Of a stretch of 64,000 nucleotides of DNA, positions 55,583 to 64,000 are shown piece after piece. Under the pieces are notes generated by a model that searched no databases, was not told where the DNA came from, and was given only the letters and a program-made list of their open reading frames with translations. Position numbers and translations under genes: made by a program. This DNA is from Octopus vulgaris (Eukaryota). Position 1 is the first letter of the stretch. The number at the start of each line of letters is the position of its first letter. The stretch covers positions 198,772,001 through 198,836,000 of the forward strand of contig OX597815.1 in NCBI GenBank assembly GCA_951406725.2, read 5' to 3'.

Positions 55583-55613
55583 CTTTGCGGGTGGTGACGG
55601 TGGCGGTGGTAAC

Positions 55614-55663
<50 letters not shown>

Positions 55664-55724
55664 AGGTGGTGGTGGTGGTGGTGGTGGTGGTGGCTTTGCT
55701 GGTGGTGACGGTGGCGGTGGTAAC

Positions 55725-55788
<64 letters not shown>

Positions 55789-56042
55789 CTACTGGTGGTA
55801 GTGTTCTACCATTTTGTTAGTGTTGGCGACGGTGTAAGACGACTGTTGTTTTGGCGCTAGTCTTGACAACGGTGGTCGTGTTAGTATCGGGAAACATGGT
55901 GGTATTGGGGGGGTAGTGTCAGAGGTGTAGGATTACTAAAACTGGTGGTCATGTTGGGGTGTGTGTGTCTGTGCGTGCGCGCATGCACGCGTTGCTTTGG
56001 TGCTTACCGTAATGGTACAACCTGTTTTAGCATTAATGACTT

Positions 56043-56136
<94 letters not shown>

Positions 56137-56401
56137 CAGCTGCAGCAGCAGCAATAGTAGCAGCAGCAACAGCAGTAGTAGTAGTAGTAGTAGTGTTGGT
56201 GATGGTGTTGGTGGTGGTGGTGGTGGTGGTGATGGTGGTGGTGGTGGTGGTGGTGGTGTGATGGTGGTGGTGGTAGTGGTGGGGATAGTGGTGTGTTGAT
56301 CCACGAGCTTGTGGTCGATGCAGTTGTAACAGGTTTTGGCAATGTAGTAGACGACACGGTTTTTCCAACGTTGTTACTAACAATGGTGATGACATTGATG
56401 A

Positions 56402-56465
<64 letters not shown>

Positions 56466-56466
56466 T

Positions 56467-56498
<32 letters not shown>

Positions 56499-56706
56499 TG
56501 TAGTAGTAGTAGTAGTTGTTGTAGTAGAGGTGGTGGTGGTGGTGGCAGTTTTCATGGTGGTGGTCCTGATGGTGGTTGTGGTAGTGGTGGCGGTGGTGGT
56601 GGTTTTGATGGTAGCTTTCATGGTTGTGGTGGTGATGGCGGCAGTAGTGGAAGTGATGATGGTGGTAGTTTTGATGCTACTACTAGTAATAGTAGTAGTA
56701 ATAATT

Positions 56707-56773
<67 letters not shown>

Positions 56774-57165
56774 CAGCAGGATCACCACCACTACCTCCGC
56801 CATCAAAAGCACCACCAGCATCAAAACTACCACCACCACCATGAAAACTACCATCAAAACCACTACCGCAACCACCACCAGCACCACCACCACTACTACT
56901 ATTACTGCTACTACTACTAGTAGCAGCAGCAGTAGTAGTAGAGGTGTTAATGATGGTAATGCTCCAAGTGTGATGATCACGGTAATTTTAGTATCTGCCA
57001 TAGACGAAGGTGCGTGTGATGATGATGATGACGACGATCACGATGATGATAATCATGATGACGATGATTGATGATGGCAACAGCGATGACGATGACGACG
57101 ACAGTGAAAATGATGAGGTTGATCATCATCATCATCATCATCATCATTATCATCATCACCATCAT
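54450..57165. repeat. (GTA)n/(GGT)n low-complexity block with a 481-bp tandem duplication
   Basis: The same unique landmarks occur at 54933 and 55414. Confidence 0.93.
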
Positions 57166-57420
57166 GATTGTAGCCGGGTTGTAGACTATTTTCCCTTGCA
57201 CTTCCAATTATTAAAGACGAGGAAATTATTGAGTGTAAATCAACGTTGGATGTTATGGAACCGAGATATCAAATCCGCTGAGATTTGTACAAGGAACAAT
57301 GGAGAGAAATGAATATAAAACACTTTTTTCAATACGTCTTTCATATTTTGGCACAAAGTCATTAATTTAAAGGGAGAATGTAAGACGATTACACCGGTTC
57401 AAGTACTTCACTGGTTGCTG

Positions 57421-58652
57421 AGACACCCTTCGGTCATGACTGACAGTGGGATTTCACCTAGAAAGTTACCCTCCCTGGCACAAGTCCGGGCAAGATTGTT
57501 TATGGAAGACCAGTAGTCGCCCATGCAGGATCTTTTCAATTCTGAAGCCAGGACCACAGATCTTTCTACTTAACTAAATATTCTGAAACTTCGTATGCTG
57601 ATAGAGTCTAGCAAAACAAGACACAGGTTGGAACTAGTTTATTTGAGAAAAATCTATTTTATGACTTTAATCGTAGATTAAAACTGCGAATTTTAACCAA
57701 TCAGATTTTTGTTTTCATGTGTAAAACTTGACTGCATTCTATTAGTGTGACGTAGAAAGCGCTTTTGTGACGTACTAACGTTCGGAAAACTGTAAACAAA
57801 CACAGAACGTAACGGCAGACGAAATACGGCTACACATTTCGCCTGGCGTGCTAACGTTTCTGCCAGCTCTTTGCTTTTTTAATATTAAATTTCTTGCCTT
57901 TTGCACAAATAAACACAATAAGTGAAATGAAACGCATTAGCTTAGAAACGAAATCTTGTTAGAAGCCTCGTCACTGAGATGCCACTTCTTAATAGCAAAC
58001 GAAAGCAAGTACTAACAGAATGGAAACATTTTCAATTTAATACATGTGGCTTATTAACTAGTTTTAAATATTGTTATTAGAAGGTGGCTGACTATAGGAT
58101 CCTGGAAACATGAGTACGTTAAATAATTAGAAGGAGATTTCACGGAGACATGCGGCTTGTTTACATTTAAGATGTTTAATACGTCACCAAATTGGTGGTC
58201 GAGACGGAGTAAATAAAATAAAGCCGAATGACGGAATATAAATGGTTAAAATTCTAATTATTAAACAACGTTAAACTTAGAAGTTACAATTCCGTTTTCA
58301 TTCTGGTTTACAATTAAGTTTACTTTTGACACATTCTACCAGTATACGAAGTTTCAAATTGTTTGGTTCAGTAGGAAAAATTTGAAAAAACTGGCTTCAG
58401 AATTGAAAAGATCCCCCATGCATACCCGCCTCCCCTCTTAACGCCACCAGTGTTATTCAAGGGAAAGGCAAAGGTGCCGATACAGCTGGGCACCTGTGAC
58501 GTCGCAACTCAATTCTACAGCTGAGTGAACTGGAGCAACGTGAATTAAGGTGTCTTCCTCAAGAACACAACACGCAGCCCGGTCCGGGATTCAAACTCAC
58601 AAAGTCAAGATCGTAAGCTCGACGCTCTAACCACTGAGCCATACACCTTCAC
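57421..58652 (-). mobile_element. tRNA-derived SINE split by a DNA transposon
   Basis: Head at 58652-58423 (S3-like head and core); tail at 57519-57421. Confidence 0.7.
57528..58414. mobile_element. Non-autonomous TIR transposon (Merlin-like), 887 bp
   Basis: Perfect 24-bp TIRs GGATCTTTTCAATTCTGAAGCCAG; 8-bp TSD CCCATGCA at 57520-57527 and 58415-58422. Confidence 0.88.
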
Positions 58653-59445
58653 ACTTGACTGGTACTTTATTCTTAATTTCACTTGACTGGTACTTTATTC
58701 TTATTGACGTCGAAAGAATGAAAGACAAAGTCGACTTTGGTGTAATTTGAGCTCAGAATATTGAGATAGGAGGAAGATGCCTCTAGGCATTTTATCCGGT
58801 ATGCTAGCGAGTCTGCCATTTCATCGCCTTACAACTTTTCTTAACGATTTCTGATTTAGGCACAAGGTTAACTATTCAAACGCTCGACTGCTACATCGAC
58901 CCTAAAAGGATGAAAGGTTAAGTTGTATTAGTTCAATACAATATATTGAACCAATACATTGTATTTTGCTCGATACTACGATTCTGAAAATTCTTTGCAA
59001 TAATAATTATTATTTCTAATATAGGCAAAAAGCTAAAAATTTAGGAGAGCGAGTTTAGTCGATTAAATTGAGCGCACTACTTGATTGGTATTGTATTTTA
59101 TCGATTCCAGAGGGATCTCTGCAACCATGATTTTAATGAGATCTGGTCTTTAAGCGTAAGCTCTTAGATTTGTTTTGAGTGTTAATGATTATTCTGCCAG
59201 CCCACCACTTTTCTTTCTTTTCTTTTTTTTTTTTCAATAATAATAATCTTTTTCTACTAAGGCACAAGGCCTGAAATTTGGGAGGAGGGGATAAGTCGAT
59301 TGCGTCGACCCCCGTGCTCAACAAATGCTTATTTAATCGAAACTGAAAGGATGAAAAGTAATGTTGACTTCGGCAGCATTTGCGCTCAGAGCTGATGACG
59401 GAGGAAATTCCGCTAAGCATTTTGTCCGCCGTCCTGACGATTCTT
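58653..59445 (-). mobile_element. Cluster of diverged S2 SINE copies and fragments
   Basis: Repeated GAAAGGATGAAAG..AAAGTCGAC-like motifs. Confidence 0.75.
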
Positions 59446-59449
59446 CCAG

Positions 59450-59910
59450 AACGCGTAGTGACACGGTGAGGTACTGCACGTGTTGCCTTGGAAACTATGG
59501 GAAAATTTGGGGTTAGAGAGATGCAAGACGAGGTGTGAGCACAACCCACAGAGAGTGGTGGAGTTGGAGACCTGAAAATCCTGTAGGAATTCCGTATCCA
59601 GACAGACCAGGTACTTAAGCATCACAAATCGGACCTGATGACTGTAGACAAGGTGAACCACATGTGCTGTATAATTGAAATTTTCTGTCGCTTTGACCCA
59701 CAAATAGCGAAGGAGGAAGTCCAAAAATTAGACATATACAATCCCCTTAGATACAAGTTAGCTCGACTGTGGAAACTGAAAAGGGTGAAGATCGCAGAAG
59801 TCATCAAGTGAGATATAAAGAAAACGGGAAAATAGTGCTCAGTAGAGGTGTTGCAAAAAGTTTGCTTTCTTGTCACATACAGAATCATCAATGACTCTGT
59901 TTTCTGTTGA
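59450..59910 (+). mobile_element. Decayed R4/Dong-clade RLE domain
   Basis: KIL*EFRIQTDQVLKHHKSDLMTVDK...CIIEI...FD...EVQKL..Y..L...LARLWKL and LQKVCFL. Confidence 0.8.
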
Positions 59911-59979
59911 AAACAAGAGCGCATGTGACCGTAGACTGCACATACCATGCCCCTACGTTAAAAGATAAAAAGAAAAATA

Positions 59980-60360
59980 ATGGTTTCAAATTTTGGCACA
60001 AGGCCAGCGATATCGAGGGTGAGGACTAGTCAATTACATTCACCCCAGTACTCAACGATTACTTATTTTATTGACTCAAAAAAGGATGAAAGGTAAAGTC
60101 GACCTCAGCTGAATTTGAACTCAGAACGTAATGACGGACGAAATACCGCAAAGCATTTTGCCCGGCATAGGTACGAGGCCAGCAATTGTAAGGGAAAGTG
60201 TTAATCCCATCAATCCCAGTACTTTTCTGGTACCTTACTGTATCGAAACCAAATTTATGAAAATGCAAAGTTAAATTCGACAGGACTCGAACTCAGAATG
60301 GAAAATGCCGGAAAAATTGCTGTTAAGCGTTTTTTACGACGAGTTAACGTTTCTATCCTT
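59980..60360 (-). mobile_element. Two S2 SINE copies
   Basis: Similarity to S2. Confidence 0.8.
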
Positions 60361-61786
60361 ACCTTAATATTAACATTGGTAATATTAATAATTTTCATTT
60401 GGATGGCTTAGTGTAGAAAGGGTAGCAGTTATGGTATATTTGTACATCAAAAACTAAATGTTGAAAAGACGTGCTTCGAATGCTTCCAACAAATTTGACA
60501 CTTTACAGTCTTCCAGTAAATAGTAATGGTTTTAATAGGGGCGACAGATTAAACACCCAGTCAGGAACAGAGAATGTATTTCCGACTGGATTTTATATAA
60601 AGTTTTCTCTGTAGCAAATATCACTCACAAGCCTTTAGTTGACTCGAGTTTGGGATTAAAGAAAAAGAAAAAAAATCACCTTCGTTCAGCGTGCTGCCGC
60701 ACAGGTGGGTGTGCAGGCAAATCCGAAACTATGAAGTTGTGACGTAAATTACTTAACAACTCGGGCGACTGCACTTATAGTTTCTTTGTTAAGAGCAATA
60801 ATAGAATACCATACAAATGATATACTGATTTGCTAGCGGTTCTGTTAGGAAACAGCAAGAACGTTACTATATATATAATTAAAACACTAAAACAATATCA
60901 ATCACCTGAGTGATTTGTTGTAAGTCTATCCAACTTCATTTGACTGTCAACCAATGTGTGTTACCATTACGCTACACCGTACAGATAACAAATATTTTTA
61001 AAAGCCTCATTTCATCATTTGCTACACATTATTTAGTACTTAACAAAATGATTATAACGAAAGAAATAATTGTTTGTTAAAAGCAACAATAGAATACCAT
61101 AGAGCTATCATAGAAATTTACATCAGGTTAAACAAGAAGAACATCAAACAAAAACACCAATAAAGCGAGTTGGACAACAAGATAAAGAAATATATAAAAC
61201 TCAGTAACTCAACAGTGGAAGCAGTTTAACCTAGAATGTTCTTGATAAATTCGAAGATGACGTGAACTTTTAGTTCACTATTAGACACTGACAGATTTAA
61301 TTTGAACTTAATTTTGCTGTCCATTAGGTGAAAAGCGAAGAGGTTTTAGCATAATAGGTGCCATTACTAACTGTAATTCTGTTGTGTGTTAATTTCGATC
61401 CGGTTGTGTCAATTGCTGGTTTATTTGTTCAATGCTTTTCTTTATTCATAAGAACGCGATTTGGAATCTTTTGTTAATTGTATGAGTTCAACAGAGAGAT
61501 CTGGCATGGAATACCGTCCACATGAATGAATGTGATTAACAAGAGAGATATAAAGATAATGGAAGAGAGAGAGAGAGAGCGAGAGAGAGAGAGCGAGAGG
61601 GGGGAGTGTGAGGGATAGAAAAACAAACAACATATAAAACGAAAAAGGTAAAAGAATAATGAAAATAGCTAGGAACTGACGAGAGTCGTGAAAATGTTAT
61701 TTTATTTCTAATGTGAATGAGAAATCTTCATTTCTAATCGTGTGTGAGCATACACACCATGTAGATGAACACACGTATATGTATGA

Positions 61787-61858
<72 letters not shown>

Positions 61859-61960
61859 GTATGTATATATATATACATAATATACATATATATATTTATG
61901 TTCGTATTTGTGTCTCTATATTGAGATATATGCATGTACGTATATATATATATATATATC

Positions 61961-62082
<122 letters not shown>

Positions 62083-62922
62083 CATGTATGTTTTTATGCA
62101 TATTTATGTGAATTATGTATATGTACACACATACGCATGTACATATTTATAGTCAACATTATATACATAGATATGCGGAGGTAAATATATATGCATATAT
62201 ATATACACACACGCACATACATGCACACACAAACACACACACATATATATACATACATCCACATATACATAGTGTGTGTTTACACATTTAGTGCATGAGT
62301 GTTTGCGTGCGATGAGGCGTATGTACATATACATTTGATGACCTTTATTATTAAGTTGATTAAACATGTCATATTAAGCCTGTATCTTATACTAGACATT
62401 ATTACACGAAATCTTTCCGACATTTTTGTATTGTAGATTAAATCATGTTGACTAGAAGGCATCGAATATTTACCTGAGTTTTTCCTTTTCTTTTTCTTTA
62501 TCTGTGTACTTAAAGAAGACGTTGGAACTTACCAGTGTAAATTAACCTATCTGTCTTCTATTATGATGACTTTCTACTTTTTATAGCAGACTGATAAATA
62601 TGTACACAATGTTGGTATTGAAAGCTACAAATTTCTCACCGGATCTCAATTACTTTTGTCATAAACATGGTGAGGTCTCGGAAGTAAAGCTCACTGATTA
62701 AGTAAGATATTAACTCTCGGTGTATTGAGTTCAAATTATTCGTCTTTAAGAAACGGATTCTCCATGGATACGTCACCTCTATGATCTAGTAGATTATGGA
62801 GTAAATAAGTTCGTCCAATCTGAGGAAAGTTCTTGAATGTTCTTGTTTGATCTGGGAGATATAACAGTATTATTTCCCTTATTTACATTTGACGGATATT
62901 TGTCCTCATCTCGTTTGTTGTT

Positions 62923-62968
62923 AACACAACGTTTCGGCTGATATACACTCCAGCCTTCATCAGGTGTC
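62923..62968 (-). ncRNA. Minimal hammerhead ribozyme, family A (intact core)
   Basis: GACAC-CTGATGA-A-GGCTG(gagtgtatat)CAGCC-GAAAC-GT-T-GTGTT. Confidence 0.85.
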
Positions 62969-63053
62969 TTGGCGAAACTTCGAACCTGGGTTCTCAGTCT
63001 TAATAATAATAATATTAATAATATGAATAATAATAATAATAATAATAATAATA

Positions 63054-63221
<168 letters not shown>

Positions 63222-63268
63222 TCGAAAAATACCTTAGCAATGAGAACCCAGATTCGAAATTTCGCCAA

Positions 63269-63314
63269 GACACTTGATGAAGGCTGCAGGGTATATCAGC
63301 CGAAACGTTGTGTT
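63269..63314 (+). ncRNA. Minimal hammerhead ribozyme, family A (C3U variant)
   Basis: GACAC-TTGATGA-A-GGCTG(cagggtatat)CAGCC-GAAAC-GT-T-GTGTT. Confidence 0.75.
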
Positions 63315-64000
63315 AACAACAAACAAGATGAGGACAAATATCCGTCAAATATAAATAATGTAAATAATGTACAGGATTCCTCATCTCTTAAATATAGAAC
63401 AATATTATTTCCATCGAACAACACAATTTTACTGCTCAGAAAATAAATTTTGCCTTCATTTCAGGACAGAAATTTATAATTCAAAGAAGAAGCTCCAGCT
63501 GTTATTTCTAGCATGTGGCGCGACAACGTGGAAATCCCAAATTAGCTTGAAAAGGTGGTTGCTGTTATTGTTATTGTTGTCGTTGTGGTTGTTGTTATTG
63601 TTGGTGTCTTCGTTGTTTACCTTGCTTCATCCCAGACCGACACGTCTCTGCATCAATTTTCATGCTTCGTACTAGTACTAGGAAAAGGAAAAATTGATTT
63701 AAAAGCACCAAATGGACACACCTCGTCATAGGTTTGCTTAAATAGATCAGTTCACTTTACTGGACGTTTCTAAATGGTCGGCCGATCTGCTAGCAATAGC
63801 AAGTAAAATTTTCATAAAATTACATTTACTATACAATGCTGTCCAGCTCAGATTCTTGTGATAAAACTAGATGGCCATGAACGGAATGTCTGATGATAAC
63901 TCTTCTTAGGACACCATAAAAGCGAAACACTATCATATATGTTTAGAAGAAGCGTGGTTGTGTGATTGAGTAGTTTACTTACAAACCACGTAGTACTGGT

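Overview
AT-rich eukaryotic DNA, not prokaryotic. The microsatellite density and SINE repertoire suggest an octopod cephalopod (inference). Almost all ORFs in the supplied track are (TA)n/(TAA)n/(GTA)n artefacts, and no intact protein-coding gene is supported. The window holds three or more tRNA-derived SINE families, decayed mariner, Tigger-like and Merlin-like DNA elements, and RTE and R4/Dong LINE ends. It also holds decayed Penelope-like (PLE) RT and GIY-YIG remnants, and scattered exon-like pieces of a probable fibronectin-III/transmembrane receptor pseudogene (~30.6-45.9 kb, + strand). The most striking signal is a set of unrelated short non-coding elements carrying minimal hammerhead-ribozyme (HHR) or HHR-like motifs, mostly with a palindromic stem III. 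They sit in or against microsatellites and repeatedly occur as divergent inverted pairs. One has a tRNA head-(TAA)n-HHR tail layout, which makes it a candidate Penelope-mobilised SINE. All calls were made by eye and element boundaries are approximate.
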